A stretch of 63,884 bases of DNA, filler included, from Chrysochromulina tobinii (GCA_001275005.1; 7 parts of 7 records of this genome joined end to end with filler, not necessarily neighbours in it), one strand, 5' to 3'; positions 11,013 through 23,317 are shown, numbered from the whole stretch's first letter. Translations and numbers: made by a program. The notes: a model not told the origin generated them from the letters alone.

Positions 11013-12668
11013 TCACGAGAGCTCCTCGTCCTCTCCTTCGACGCCCTCGTCTGCGCCGGCGTCCTCCTCCGCCGCGCCGTCCGGATGGCCCAGCACGGCG
11101 CCCAGGCGGAAGCGGATGGCCTGGCGCTCGGCCCCTTTGACCATGGGCGCGAGCGAGCCCGACGGCGCAAGGAGAGCGGCCACGCTCACCGGCGGTTGGC
11201 CAGGCGGGGTGCAGACGAGCACAACGCAACCAGCACGGCACCGAGCCTTGAGTGCCGTAAAAAGGGGCAAGAGGTCCGCGTCTGCACACATCTGGACCAC
11301 TGAGAGGTGCCGGCCCACCGTCGGCGCCGTGTTGGGCGGTACCCCTGCCGCCGAGGGCGACGGCGCAGAGACGGGCGCCGCGGCGGGCACTGCGGGCGCG
11401 TCGACGCCATTATTGGTGCCCTTGGCGTTCGTTGGGACGCACTCAAGCAGGCGACAGAGGGCGCGCGCACTACACGTGACTCTTTGCTCCCTCATGTACG
11501 GTTCCACCAGATCAATCCCGTCCTGGCACACCCTGTGTGAGCACGAGCACCCCTTGGCCTCGTCACGTTCGAAGAGGCGCGCACCCGTCTGCACGACGCG
11601 CAGCACGCCCGCGGCGTCCGCTCGGAGAAGTGCGAGACACTCGGGTGCGAGCAATAAGAGCGAGCGCGCGGTCGGCGAGCGCACGACGAGTCGGTGGCAA
11701 GGGAAGGTATGGCCGAGCCCGTAGGCCCGCATGACCTCCCCGAGCAGCACCGCCGACGGCACGAACAAGGGAGTGTAGATGGCGCGAGCAGCAGCGCGCG
11801 CCGCCGCCTCAACGGTCGCGCCGCCGTGGGCGTGCAGCACGCCCTCGTGTGCCGCACATTCGCGCACCCGATCGGCGTCCTCGCACTCGTCGCCCTCGCG
11901 CGCACTACCGGATGCTGCCCAAGGGTCCGCCTCGCGGCGCCGCCACGAAGAAGCTACGGGCGGGGCGTCAGCAGCGTCTGCAGCGTCTGCAGCGTCTGCG
12001 TCGGCGGCGAGGACGGGCGGGCTCTCAACAGGGGCATTGGTCGAGAGAGCCTCGGGCAGCACCGCGCTGCCCTCGACGACACACACCTCCGGCTCGTCGT
12101 CAGGAAGGGCGCCCGCCATCGGCGCGTGCTCGCCCTTTTTGTGGAAGACCGCCACGAAGAAGCCGCCATAGTCCTGGTCTTGAGGCGCAAGCCTGACACA
12201 GCGTTCGAGGCGGAGGGACGCCATATCCACCTCGGGTGGCACGAAGAGACTCTCCAGCTTCGATGGCGTCTTCTTGGGGAAGCGTGCTTCGATGGAGGCG
12301 TAGTCGGCGTGCCACTGGCCCCGATGCCACACGCGCCAGCTCTGGAGCCCAGGACGGCGCGCAAGCCCAGGAAGCGCCGCGCTCAGATCGACGAGCTCTA
12401 GGCATTCGGGCCCAAAGGTGAGCAGCAGCCGCGTGACCACGGCCTCATTCTCGATCGGGTTGAGAGAGCACGTGGAATAGACCAGCCGGCCGCCCACCTT
12501 GAGCAGCCGAACGCTCTTGCACGCAATCTGGAACTGGAGCGAGTGTAGCATGTTGCCCCCCGCGGCCGCCCAGCGTTTCCAGATGAGGGGATTCTTGCGA
12601 AGCGTGCCGTCACCCGAGCACGGGACGTCGCAGAGGATGCGATCGAAGCGCCACGGCGCTGGCGCGCA

Positions 12669-12707
<39 letters not shown>

Positions 12708-13631
12708 ACGGCCGCCAGCGCGCACCATCAACTCGGGGAAGAGGCGCGCGTCGTGGTTCGTCACCATCAGGCTCGGAGAGTGTAGACGGGACGCTCGGGA
12801 CGCGAGCAGGTGGCACCGTTTGAGGTCTGCATCGTTCGCGATCAGCAAGCCGCGTACCAAATTAGCAGGCGCCGTACCGAGCACCGTGCCGTCGACATCC
12901 GCGCCGGCGCCGTCAGCCAGCGCAGTGACATCCGCCTCCTCCCTAGCTGGCGTTGTGCCGGCTGAGGCGGCAACGCCAGCGACACCGGTGGGCGAGGCAG
13001 CGGCGGTGCGGGGCTCAGCGAGCAGTTCAAGAATCTGCTGCGCCTTGGACCCAGGGCTCGCGCATGCGTCGAGGACAGTGTGGCCCGGTTGCACGTCCAG
13101 CACAAGTGCCGGCACCATCGAGACCGCCTCCTGCCGATGAACGTGGCCGAGCATGTTCTCTCGCAGCAGCCAGCCGTGAAAATCCTTCACAGCCTCCGAG
13201 CGGCCCGCGGCGCCCGGCGCGTCGGCACCCTCCCAGTCCTTGCCGCGCAGCGCCATCCGCGACAGGTCAATCTGCCAGGCGAGCCGGTCGGGATACCAGG
13301 GCAGCGCGTGCGGCGCCGCCGCGTCCATCTGGGGCAGCAGCGCAGTCTCCATTCGCGCCCGCAGCGCCTTGGCGCTCTCGCCGTTCCCGCTGAAGCGGAA
13401 CGTGACCGGAAGCGGCGACCGGAGGCTCGCCTCCATGGAAGCCCACTCGTCGTCGGACAGCTGCAGCTGGCTCTTATAGTAAGTGACAAATGCTGGGTTT
13501 TCGAACTTACGCAGCTCGGCCTGACCGATCATCGACTTCTCGGCGGTCTTCTTGGCCTTCTTGGCCTCCCGCTCGCCGCCCTTGCCTTGCTTGGCTTTCT
13601 TGGCCGGTGGAAGTGCATCGTTGGTTGGCAT
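11013..13631 (-). CDS. NSUN2: tRNA (cytosine-5)-methyltransferase, NSUN2/Trm4 family
   Basis: RQEAVSMVP, VLDACASPGSK, FDRILCDVPCSGDGTLRKN, YSTCSLNPIENEAVV, GGFFVAVF. Confidence 0.93.
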
Positions 13632-14084
13632 TATAGTGCAGTCAGAGTGGCGCTCGTGGAAGAGAGTGGGCTCCGTCGCCGTCCACACGCGACGACGTCC
13701 GTGAAGTTTGACAAGTCAAGTCAAGTCAGGTAAGCGCGGGCTCTGCCATCTCCAACGACTCCCGTCCTCCCCAGCTGGTTTCCGTACAATTGTATGATGG
13801 TTGTCTGTTGAGCCGAGCGTTACACAATATAAGTACTTTTGTTGAATTATTGGACAGATCTACAGAATTCTGAATTGTCAGTTGTCGCACGTGCAGCGCA
13901 CGTGTACAGCCACAGTTCTGCACGGCATAATTTGGACACATACGCACCTACTGTATATGTGATTAATTGAAAGCAACCGACCGCGGACAGACTGAGTGAC
14001 AGAGATCAGCGCCGTCTGAGGTGCTGACACAGACCGAGAGAGTCGAGTCCCAGGCCGCTGCTGCTGCCACGTGCCACCTGTGGG

Positions 14085-14726
14085 TCACCACCTTATTGGC
14101 TCGTCCTTGTTATCCCATCGCGAAACGTCGTTGTCTGGGAGGATCTCTGTCGATATTCCCGAGATGTACTGTCCGCAGAGCGGGCACTCGAACACAAAGT
14201 CGGAACACGGCCTGCAGAGCACGGCATGCCCGCAGGGCCGCAGCGCGACACACTCGCCGACTTTGTTGCATGCGCGGCATCGGTTGTCGCTGTGCACATC
14301 CGACGCACGAAGAACGCGCTGGTGAATGAGAGGGTGGGAGCTGCCACGGCAGGGCAGGTGCAGATTGGGGTGTGAAAGCCGCAATGCCGCAGACCTCGGC
14401 TGGAAGACGGCAGCGGGTAGCGCAGAGAGCCGCACAAAGTCGCGCGCTGGCGTGCCAATTGATGCGATATCCGACGACTGCTGTCGATGCCGTACGTTCG
14501 AAGACGACGGGGTGTTCGAGAGCAGCGGCTCCTGCTCGCTCTCGCCATCCTCGCCACGGCGACGTCGAAGTGTTCGCCACTGCACGATGCAGATGCAGCA
14601 GCAGCACGCGCCGAGCAGCAGCATGGCCAGCAGCACCGCGCTCTGCTGGCCAATGGGCGCTACTTTTGCATTTGCTTGCGACGCGGCCAGCAGAACGCCC
14701 ATCGGCACGCCGGACTTCGACGCCAT
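14085..14726 (-). CDS. Single-TM protein with a C-terminal IAP-type RING (C3HC4); likely E3 ligase; may contain an intron
   Basis: CRAC...RPCGHAVLCRPC...CPLC; hydrophobic N-terminal segment. Confidence 0.75.
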   Translation of the reverse strand: MASKSGVPMGVLLAASQANAKVAPIGQQSAVLLAMLLLGACCCCICIVQWRTLRRRRGEDGESEQEPLLSNTPSSSNVRHRQQSSDIASIGTPARDFVRLSALPAAVFQPRSAALRLSHPNLHLPCRGSSHPLIHQRVLRASDVHSDNRCRACNKVGECVALRPCGHAVLCRPCSDFVFECPLCGQYISGISTEILPDNDVSRWDNKDEPIRW

Positions 14727-14893
14727 TGACAAACAAGCCCGTTACAACGCGCCTAATCCTTGAACCGCGGGCTCGCGACAGCGCTCTTTCCGGTAAGCAT
14801 CGAGACAAAAATGTTTCTCGCGCGCTTTAGCGCTCTTGCTGATCGGACTCGAGCGCCGCGCGCCGACTTGCCCTCACCCACGCGGGGACGCGT

Positions 14894-16975
14894 ATGCTCC
14901 ACGCCCTCGGGTCTCGCGAGGTCGGCGGGCGGCGCCCGCGGCCGGTCGAGATGCCCCGGCGCTACACGCTGCTGCATCCCACGCCCGTGATCACGCAAAG
15001 CGTCCCCATCATGGCAGCACGCATCACCGCGCTCCCGCACCGGGACGAACACATGTTCTACACGTCCGATGGCTCAGGGAGGGTCAAGTTCGGGCGCGCC
15101 GGGGCGGACGGCATGAACTCATGCAACATCACTACCCTTCAGCTCCACCGCAACGCCATCTTCGACGTGCTCGTGCCCTCCTACGACGGCGATCCAACCT
15201 CGCGCATCGTGACCGCAGCTGCTGATGGAACATGTGGCATCTTTGAGCTGCAGGGCGGCGTGCGCCGCGTGGCCACGCTGCGCGGCCATACCCTGTCCGT
15301 GAAGAAGATCGCGCAGCGCCCTGGCTCCCTCACCTACTTTGCCACCGCTGGCCGCGACGGCCGGGTGCTGCAGTGGGACGTGCGCGCGCCCAAGGCAGTC
15401 TCGCAGTCAGAGCCAGAGGGGGCGGCAGTGGCGGCGACGCCATCCTTTCTCGTCGCGTCCGCGTCGCTCGAGGACGCGCACGCGGCTGCGCCGTCGCTCT
15501 TAGGCGCTCGCTCCCGCCTTCCTCCCAAGCGGAGCCGCAGCGGTGCCCCTGTGGCCGCGCCTGCGCCTGCGGTCACGAGTGTCGAGTTCTGCACCGAGCA
15601 CCTTCTGGCGAGCGCGGGCGCGGACGGAACCGTGCGGCTCTGGGACGCACGCTGCGGTGTGGGCGCCGTGCGGCTGCGCGCGGGCACCAAAGTCACCGCC
15701 GGCGCGGCGGCCCACCCGCTGCACACGCTGCTGCGGCCTTCGGCTCGGGGATCGTACCGTGGAGTTTCCACGCTCTCGGCAAGCGGTAACGGCACGCGGC
15801 TACTCGTGGCCTCGGTGGACTCGGTGCTGTCGGTGTATACACTGGCCAACTGCGCGGCGCCGCCTGTGCAGCTGTGCGGCCACCTCGCTCGCAGCTTCTA
15901 CGCGCGCGGCGCGTGCCTGAGCCCCGATGGTACTACTGCAGCCGCGGGAGGCGAGGATGGACATCTCTACCTGTGGGATGTGGCGACGCCGAGCCAGCCG
16001 CCGCTCGTGCTGCGCTCGAGCGCGGTGCGGCCGGGCGAGTCATCGGGCGCGGACGCGGGCACGGACGCGGGCGGGTGGCACAGAGCGAATGGAAGCGCGG
16101 CCGAACGGCTGGACGCCTCCTTGGAGGTCTTGGAGCCGATGGGCGCAGGCACCGAGGAGATCTGCTGCCTTGACTGGGCGCGCCGCTCCTGCACGGGCGA
16201 CTGGCTGGTGAGCGGCAGCGACGATGGCGTGGTCCGCGTTTGGTCGGTGCAGCCCGAGCGAGGCCTCGCACCGACGGCCGAGCCTGCAAGGCCGTGCGTG
16301 CCAACGCCGCCTATGTCGTTGCCGTGCATGCCAATGCCGACGCCGCTGCCGATGCTCTCGACGCCCCTGCTCTCGACGCCCGTGCCGACGCTCCGCGCAG
16401 AGCCCGCCGTCGCGGCCTTCCCCACGTCCGTCGCTCCGGCAGCCGCTCCGGCGGCCGCCGCGGCAATGGCCACCGCCGCTGCTGCATCCTTCGCCGCGTC
16501 CTCTTCCGCCGCGCCCTTCTCCACAGCCTCCGCTGCCTCGTCCGCCGCCGCTTCGTCCGGCACGGCCGCCGCGCCGCGCCATCTACTCACCTCCTTCTTC
16601 CTGCCCTCTTCGCGCCGCGCGACCACGCCGCCGCGCCCTCTGGCACCTAACCCGAGGCGCTCCAAGGCCAGCGCGCGCCTCGCCGAGCTCGAGGAGCTGC
16701 TTTCTCACGACGCGTGGGACCCGGTGCCTGGCCGAGAGGCTCTCTGGAATGAGGCGGCGTGGCTGCTGCGCGAGTACCCGCAGCTGCGCACGTGCCTCAC
16801 GCTGCCCGCCGACGCCGCGCCTGAACTGCCGCCCGAGCTCGACCCAGCGAGACCTTTGCCCAAGACGGCGCGGCACGCCCCACACCGCACCGGAGCGAAC
16901 GCCTCGGGTGTGAATATGAACGCCTCGGGCGCCTCCTCCTCCGACGCGAGGGTGCGCCGGCCGCTGCCGCGCTGA
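14894..16975 (+). CDS. DTL: WD40 protein CDT2/DTL (CRL4 substrate receptor)
   Basis: HRNAIFDV, GHTLSVK and SFYAR motifs typical of Cdt2; several WD repeats; PIP-box-like HLLTSFF at 16580-16600. Confidence 0.8.
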   Translation: MLHALGSREVGGRRPRPVEMPRRYTLLHPTPVITQSVPIMAARITALPHRDEHMFYTSDGSGRVKFGRAGADGMNSCNITTLQLHRNAIFDVLVPSYDGDPTSRIVTAAADGTCGIFELQGGVRRVATLRGHTLSVKKIAQRPGSLTYFATAGRDGRVLQWDVRAPKAVSQSEPEGAAVAATPSFLVASASLEDAHAAAPSLLGARSRLPPKRSRSGAPVAAPAPAVTSVEFCTEHLLASAGADGTVRLWDARCGVGAVRLRAGTKVTAGAAAHPLHTLLRPSARGSYRGVSTLSASGNGTRLLVASVDSVLSVYTLANCAAPPVQLCGHLARSFYARGACLSPDGTTAAAGGEDGHLYLWDVATPSQPPLVLRSSAVRPGESSGADAGTDAGGWHRANGSAAERLDASLEVLEPMGAGTEEICCLDWARRSCTGDWLVSGSDDGVVRVWSVQPERGLAPTAEPARPCVPTPPMSLPCMPMPTPLPMLSTPLLSTPVPTLRAEPAVAAFPTSVAPAAAPAAAAAMATAAAASFAASSSAAPFSTASAASSAAASSGTAAAPRHLLTSFFLPSSRRATTPPRPLAPNPRRSKASARLAELEELLSHDAWDPVPGREALWNEAAWLLREYPQLRTCLTLPADAAPELPPELDPARPLPKTARHAPHRTGANASGVNMNASGASSSDARVRRPLPR

Positions 16976-17292
16976 CGCATCGCACCCCAGCGCCCATCGG
17001 CCCTTTCGTCCACCAGACCACCACACGCTGCATGCTCACCTTATGCTCACCTTAGATTACCGTGGCCGCGCTGCTCCGCGTCCGCGTCCGAGCCGCGGCC
17101 CGCGAGCGCCGATGAATCGCCGTGGTGCGTGGATGCATCGCGGCCGTACACCGCATCCCCGAGTTGGTGTCGCAGCGAGGCGGCTCGCCCATTCTTCCAT
17201 GTTCCTCACTTCCGCGGTTTACGCCGGTTTCGTCGGGTTTCGGGCGTCGCATGGTAGTTGGCCGAACTAGATTCCCAGGTGTGAATGAAACA

Positions 17293-19209
17293 ATGTCGTT
17301 CTGGGATACGCACGACGCTCTTCCGCGGCGCAGCACGACGGCCCTTGGCGGTTCGTTTGGTGGTTCCGCAAACGTCCGATCCGGCGCATGCAGCCCTGCA
17401 TGGCGCCGAGCGGCGCTGCTTGGTAGCTTGGTAGGTCTTGCTGTGGGAATCATGGTGCACAGCAACCGCTTCGGTGCCGTAGTCATTCGTCACGCAGCGA
17501 GCTCCTCCAAGATGGCTTCTCTAGCTTCTCTGGTCGAGCTATCGTCCAACGTGGCTTCTATGGCCGATCTATTGTCAGCCCACTCGTCTCTGCCAGTGCC
17601 AACGAAGACGCCATCGCCTACGCGCTCGCCCTCGCCACCTTCTCTTCGACCTATGCCGGTGGTTGTTGGAAGGCCTGCAATCGTCGCCGTGTGCGTGGGC
17701 GGTTGGCTGGAGTTAGCAACGCCGCGCCGCGGCCAGAGCCTGCGGGACCACATCCTCAATGTCATGCCGTCCGATGTGTTCGTGGCTGGCACGATCCGTG
17801 GCAACGTGACAGAGTCGCGCGTCGACGCGGCATTGGACGGGATCTCAGCTCTCGCTCCCTTTGCGTCAGCGTCGGTGATCCGTATGCCAAGGCCCAGTGA
17901 GCTACGGTCCGAGCTGAAAAGGTCGGGCCACTGGGAAGGCTTCAAACTCCAGGCGAGCAAGGGTGGCTCGGGCCGGTTCAATTGGGCCGACCCTAGTTTT
18001 GACGACCCCCGGAATTGGGTTCCAATCATGATGAGCCCTGCGCTGGGCAACCCAAACGGCAACACGCTGCAGGAGTTCCACTACCAGAGCCGGTGCATCG
18101 AGATGATCAATGCGCACGAGGCAAGCGGCGGCCCGCGCCGGCCAGCGCGCACGCCGTATGAGCGTGTCATGTTCACACGTCTTGAGTTCGAGTGGCTCGC
18201 TTCACACCCCCCTCTGCACCTGCTCGATCCAAAGTACCTCTGGGTACCCACTGGCGAAGACAACACCGGCGTGAACGATCGGCACTGGCTCGCGAGTCGG
18301 CGCGACGCGGAGGGCGTCTTCCGGCGATGGGACGCGCTCGTAGAGGGCAAGTTTCACGGCATCTTCTTCGCCACCTCGCAGGTGCGACCGCGGTGATTGC
18401 ATGCTGTTTGCCTCTTGATTGCCACTGAAGACCGCTGATTGCCCTCGCAGGTGCGACCGGTCTTCGTGTCGTCGGAGACCTTCAACAAGCTCCATCTGCA
18501 ATACCGCAAGGTGGGCGTGGCTCGCTTCCCCAACGTCGCGGCACTCACCTGTTGCGAGAGCTCATATGCCGAGGGGACTGGGGCGGCGGCGCGCCGCGGC
18601 ATGAAATGCTTTGCCAAGGCGTGCTTTCGCGCCAGGTGCCCGAGTGGGGCCCAGCTCCCGACGCCGAGATGCGCCCACAACGGCGCCACCGACGGCCCGA
18701 ACCATCTGGCCTTCAAGTACGTCGATGAGGGCCACTCGGCTCTGTTGCATGGGACGGCGCTCGCACTGCCCGGAGCCACCTGGGAGGTGGCGGACGATGC
18801 GACGCCGGGGCGTCTGCACATCCGCGTACCCGGGGCTGCGGTGGCTGCCGCCGCCGGGCGAGCCGCCAGCCACGGCGGCGGCGGCAGCACCAGCGGCGGC
18901 GGCGGCGGCGGTAGAGGCGGCATCGTCACCAGCGGAAGCGATGGCTCTGGCTTGCTTTATACGTGCAAGACGTGTGAGGGAGGGCCGGACGTACCAGATC
19001 CCGTCTCGATCAACGTGACCTCGTGTCTCTTCCGGAGGCATCCGTACGCTCACCCCACCCTCGAAGCAGCCCGCAAGGTGCACCCGTGCCGCTACTTCGA
19101 CATGGCGGTGCTCGCAACGGTCTGCGCGCAGCTCGGAACCAAGGAGGTGCGAACAGGCAACTTGGGCTGGTTTTGCAACGACGCCGAGATGCTGGCCACG
19201 GCACTATGA
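17293..19209 (+). CDS. Type II membrane protein, glycosyltransferase-like or unknown; 2 exons
   Basis: Exons 17293-18381 and 18451-19209 join in frame. TM near the N-terminus and a Pro-rich stem. YERVMFTRLE...HPPL...GEDNTGVNDRH motif. Confidence 0.65.
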
Positions 19210-19468
19210 TATCCACCACACCATAACCACACCAGCGCGTGGAGACTGCAGACCGGGCCGCCCCGCGCCCGTGGCCGTGCGGTACGGGGGAAAACCGCGC
19301 GCCGTACCGCCCGCTGATCGTAGTCGGTACGCGCCGTCGGCGTATTATATTCCAGTCTCGATCCCGGTCAGCGGTCTGCAGGTGCAGCGTAGTGTACTAT
19401 AGATCAAGTATAAACTACGTGGAACACACTTAGTACACACTTAGCAGACACTTAGTTATTGCTTTTTG

Positions 19469-20785
19469 TTATAGCTTATTGCGGATACAATCTGAGTAGT
19501 TTAGGACCGCATCGTCAACCACGCTCAACCGCCGCGGGATTCCCCGGCGCTCCAGCACCGTGTGCGTTGGCCGTTGCCGCCGTGGCTGCGATTCCGATTT
19601 ACGATGATCCAGGACGGCCAAGGCCGAGTCGCGAATCCATGCGCCCATGTGCGCATGCATCTGCTCGGCGAATAAAGCCTCGGGCAGCTGCGGCTCCGAG
19701 AAGAGCGCCACCTGCTCGCTGATATCGAAGCCGCGCACGCGCACTGGCACGTGCGGCGCGGCACGGCGCTCAGGCAGCCGGGCAGACCAGAATGGCGTAC
19801 CCGTGGCTTCGAGTCGGTCGTCCTCGCCGTACTGCGGCCCAGTGAAGTCGAGGACGAGTTCGCGCCCCGCGGCCGTGCGGCACCACACTAGCTGGTGCAG
19901 CGCGCCGCCGTGCGCTGCCTCGCGCGGACCCTCGGCAAAGCGCACGCGCTGCCGCAACCGGAGCGGCTGCGCGGGGAAAGGAGGGGCGACGACGCCAGGG
20001 TTGCTGTCGGCGGCGTGAGCGTCCTTGCCATCGTTGTCATCGGCCACGGCGGTCTCGACGGTGCAGCCCGCACGTGGCACCATGACATGGCGTACAAAGG
20101 GCGCGATCCGGAGCGCATTGACCATGCCAAAGGCGACGATCGGGCTGCCGTCGTCGTCGTCGAGCACGGCGAGCCCGTGTATCCCGACGAGGCTCCTCAG
20201 CGTGAGCAGCGCGCCCGTATGCAGAGCCTCGCACGAGTCGGTCGAGACGATCTTCCAGTAGAGGAGCTCTGAGGTGGCCGCATCGGCGGGCGCACCGTCC
20301 GGGTGCGGCGCCAGGAGCTCGTTGGGCAGCACGGGCGCGTTCGAGGTCTCCACGAAGACGAGCGCGGCCTGTGCATGCGGTACGAGCGCAGGCAGCTGCG
20401 GCGCGTCGAGCGCCGAAGCGCTCACGGGCGCGAGGCCGCCGCCGAGTGCGGCCGGCGCGGGCACGACGCGCGCGAACAAGGTCATGGGCAGCCGGTCGCG
20501 CGGCGGCTTGTGCTGCAGGTCAAGCGCCCACTGATCGCCAAGTCGCGTCGCGCCCGCGCCAGCGGCGACGAGGCTCGCAAAGTGTGAGATGGAGAGCGAG
20601 ATCGTGCGCAGCGAGGCGAGCAGCGGTGGCGGCGTTGCGGCGCGGCGGCACGCGTGCCAGGACGAGCGATGGCTCGAGCGGCGCGAGACGAGTACGGAAG
20701 CCATCCTGACGGCGTGTGAACAGAAGGAAGAAGAGTTCAGTCTCGGCGACTGGAACCCTACCATTTCGAGTGTAGCGGGACGCAT
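19469..20785 (-). CDS. Hypothetical protein
   Basis: 438-aa ORF with coding-like composition, divergent from enkurin. Confidence 0.5.
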   Translation of the reverse strand: MRPATLEMVGFQSPRLNSSSFCSHAVRMASVLVSRRSSHRSSWHACRRAATPPPLLASLRTISLSISHFASLVAAGAGATRLGDQWALDLQHKPPRDRLPMTLFARVVPAPAALGGGLAPVSASALDAPQLPALVPHAQAALVFVETSNAPVLPNELLAPHPDGAPADAATSELLYWKIVSTDSCEALHTGALLTLRSLVGIHGLAVLDDDDGSPIVAFGMVNALRIAPFVRHVMVPRAGCTVETAVADDNDGKDAHAADSNPGVVAPPFPAQPLRLRQRVRFAEGPREAAHGGALHQLVWCRTAAGRELVLDFTGPQYGEDDRLEATGTPFWSARLPERRAAPHVPVRVRGFDISEQVALFSEPQLPEALFAEQMHAHMGAWIRDSALAVLDHRKSESQPRRQRPTHTVLERRGIPRRLSVVDDAVLNYSDCIRNKL

Positions 20786-20891
20786 GTAACGTGAACGAGC
20801 TGGCCGTGAATCCTTTTTTCCAAAGCCTTACCGGCAAAGCTGTTGTTTCTCGTCAGTGCGGCCGCTTCTTGCTGGATCGCTGCGGTTGGCG

Positions 20892-22022
20892 ATGGCGACC
20901 GAGTCGATCTACAACCTGATCCCGCAGCCCGTGCCGCCGCCTGTCAAGGAGGCGCTCTACCGGAGCAAGCACCCTGGCGACAAGCCTACCACCTTTTCGA
21001 CCTTTGGCCTGACGGGCACGTCGAAGCCGGGTTATGTCAACGTCGCTGGCGCGGAGGAGGCGACCAAGGGCGGGCAGCACGAGTACAAGAAACCGTTCGC
21101 GACGATGGGTAAGGACGGCAACGCGGTGCCGCCGACGGAGGTTCTGAAGAAGAAGACGGGCGGCGGTGGTGGCGCGTATGCAGCAGCGATGGGCTTGAGC
21201 GACCAGAGTAAGTGCTGCCTGATGCCATTCTGCGCGCGCGAGTGCCTGCGTCGCGCCGCGCCGCGCTGGCGTCGCCGCGGCCAGAGCTGCCGCTGGACGC
21301 ACGCGCTCGGCGTCGATCTGAGCTGCGGCGCGCACGCCGCTGCCAGACCTCGTTGGAGCTACAGCGGTTGGCAACGTCGCGAGCTGCTGCTTCTCCTGCT
21401 GGCCTCGAGCAAGCTCGCCGCCGCCGTGTTGCTCATTCCGCCGACTGGCCGCTCACCGCCCGCGCGTGCGCCACTCCCTTCGCCTGTGCCCGCAGCCGGC
21501 GCGTTCCTGTACTCGGATCGCCTGAAGCCGGCGCTGCCGTCGAAGGAGGAGCTGAAGCAGGTGCTTAAGGCGAGCGTGGCGGTCAAAAAGGCGGAGCCCA
21601 AGAACTTTGTGACGTCGAACGCTGTGGAGAATATCCTGGCGGTGCCGAAGCGCGAGCCCGAACCGATCAACTGGTTCCAGAAGCCGCACTTTGGCACCAC
21701 GCCGCCCTACTTGGTGAAGATCAAGCAGGAGATTGCCGACGAGTACGAGTACATTCGGTCGATGCAGCAGCAGGACGACTCCGGCGTGCCGCCCGGCATG
21801 AAGCAGCTGCCCGAGGAGGAGCGCCAGGCGCTCGTGGATGCGCTCAAGTCCAAGTGGCAGGACGTCAACAAGGCTTACCAGGGGTCATGTGTCCTCTCGC
21901 TCAAGTCGCTCGACACCATCGGCAAAGTCAAGAGGAAGGAGATGTATGAGGCCCAGCTCGCGCAGATTGAGAAGGACATCGAGAAGCTGTCCAGGAAAGT
22001 GATCCTCGTCGCGGATGATTAA
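20892..22022 (+). CDS. ENKUR: Enkurin (flagellar protein); 2 exons
   Basis: MATESIYNLIP...YRSKHP N-terminus, KNFVTSNAVENI, FGTTPPYL, RKEMYEAQLAQIEKDIEKLSR. GTAAGT..CAG phase-1 intron at 21208-21495. Confidence 0.9.
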   Translation: MATESIYNLIPQPVPPPVKEALYRSKHPGDKPTTFSTFGLTGTSKPGYVNVAGAEEATKGGQHEYKKPFATMGKDGNAVPPTEVLKKKTGGGGGAYAAAMGLSDQSKCCLMPFCARECLRRAAPRWRRRGQSCRWTHALGVDLSCGAHAAARPRWSYSGWQRRELLLLLLASSKLAAAVLLIPPTGRSPPARAPLPSPVPAAGAFLYSDRLKPALPSKEELKQVLKASVAVKKAEPKNFVTSNAVENILAVPKREPEPINWFQKPHFGTTPPYLVKIKQEIADEYEYIRSMQQQDDSGVPPGMKQLPEEERQALVDALKSKWQDVNKAYQGSCVLSLKSLDTIGKVKRKEMYEAQLAQIEKDIEKLSRKVILVADD

Positions 22023-23317
22023 ATGAGGAGGCGGCGCGCCGTCTAGTGACGGCGGCGGCGGCGGCGGCGATCGGCAGGGAATTTACAATTCAGGGAGGCC
22101 TCGGCCCTGCCTTCCTGGCCACCACAGTGATGAGGCGCCACTGGAGCACCACCGGCGCGGCGGCGGCGGTACCTACTCGCCGCCGGAACCCATTCCGCCA
22201 CCGCTGGAGTCGCCCGCGAGCGGATGGCGAGGGCGACGTTGCCGTCGCTCTGAGCCTTTCCAGATGGTTGATGCGCGCGCTTGCGCGTCTGGGCCGTGGT
22301 CTCCAGCCAGGGCGCTTGGCGGCATGCCGCGAACGTTGTGTTCAGACTTGGTGTATTATCGAGAACCTGAAAGTCTTGCGGTGTGTGTCATGTGTGTTTG
22401 TGAGTTCGACGCTGGGATTGCGCGCGTGTGTGCGTGGTGCTCATTTGTGGTGCTGGTCTATAGTTAAAGTTATCTGTTATGACTTATGTCTCGATTTGTC
22501 CAGCCGCACTGATTCAAGGTAGCCGACGTAGCGTTTCGAAGCGTATTGGAGTCGAGTTTGATTAAGAGTTTGAACCATGAAGATGAACGCCCGGCCCGGG
22601 ACCCGCGCGCGTTGACCGATGTCCGCGTGCGCGGTGCGGCGACGTGTCGCGCGCGCCGCCAAACTCCAAAGCGGGAATAGCCGGGCGCGGGTAAGGCGCG
22701 GGCCCTAACCGAGAAACCGACGGGGCGACGCCCCCGGCGGGCCCGCTGAGCGAACCTGCCCAGCGACCCGATCGTCGGACGTCGCGAATCGGGCGCGGCG
22801 CGGCACTAAATCAAACTTTGGCGAGCCAACCTGCAACCAGACGGACCGCGCTGGTGCGCTAGGGCTGAGCCTGAGGGGCCGGTTCGCTCGGGACGGGTTT
22901 CACGTGCGAACCTTCCGCAAATTCAAATAGAAATACTTATCAGATATCACGATTTCACGTCACGGGTCGCTTGATCATGATGATGATCATCCGATCCGAT
23001 GGTATGGTTTTGGCCTTTAAAGGGTCTAAGAAAGTACTGATCAACACAACGCGCAGGAAGGAAGGACCGCTTCCGTATGATCTCATTCGATTCCCACAGG
23101 TCCATGAGGCACATGCACGATGAGAGATGACACTTGACACAGCAGAGACATCAGTTAAGCAACAGTGAACAGAAAGCGACAGAATAGCAAGAAAGCGACC
23201 TGCACCACCGGCACTGTCCGAGCCATCAAAGATCAATCACCAATCATCACTACCGCGACTCATCACTGCCACAAACCAAAGCAAAGTTCGCGATTGATGT
23301 AACGGACGCACCGATCA

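Noticed and set aside
22600..23250. Possible structured ncRNA in the intergenic region
   Set aside because: No recognisable tRNA, rRNA or snRNA motifs.
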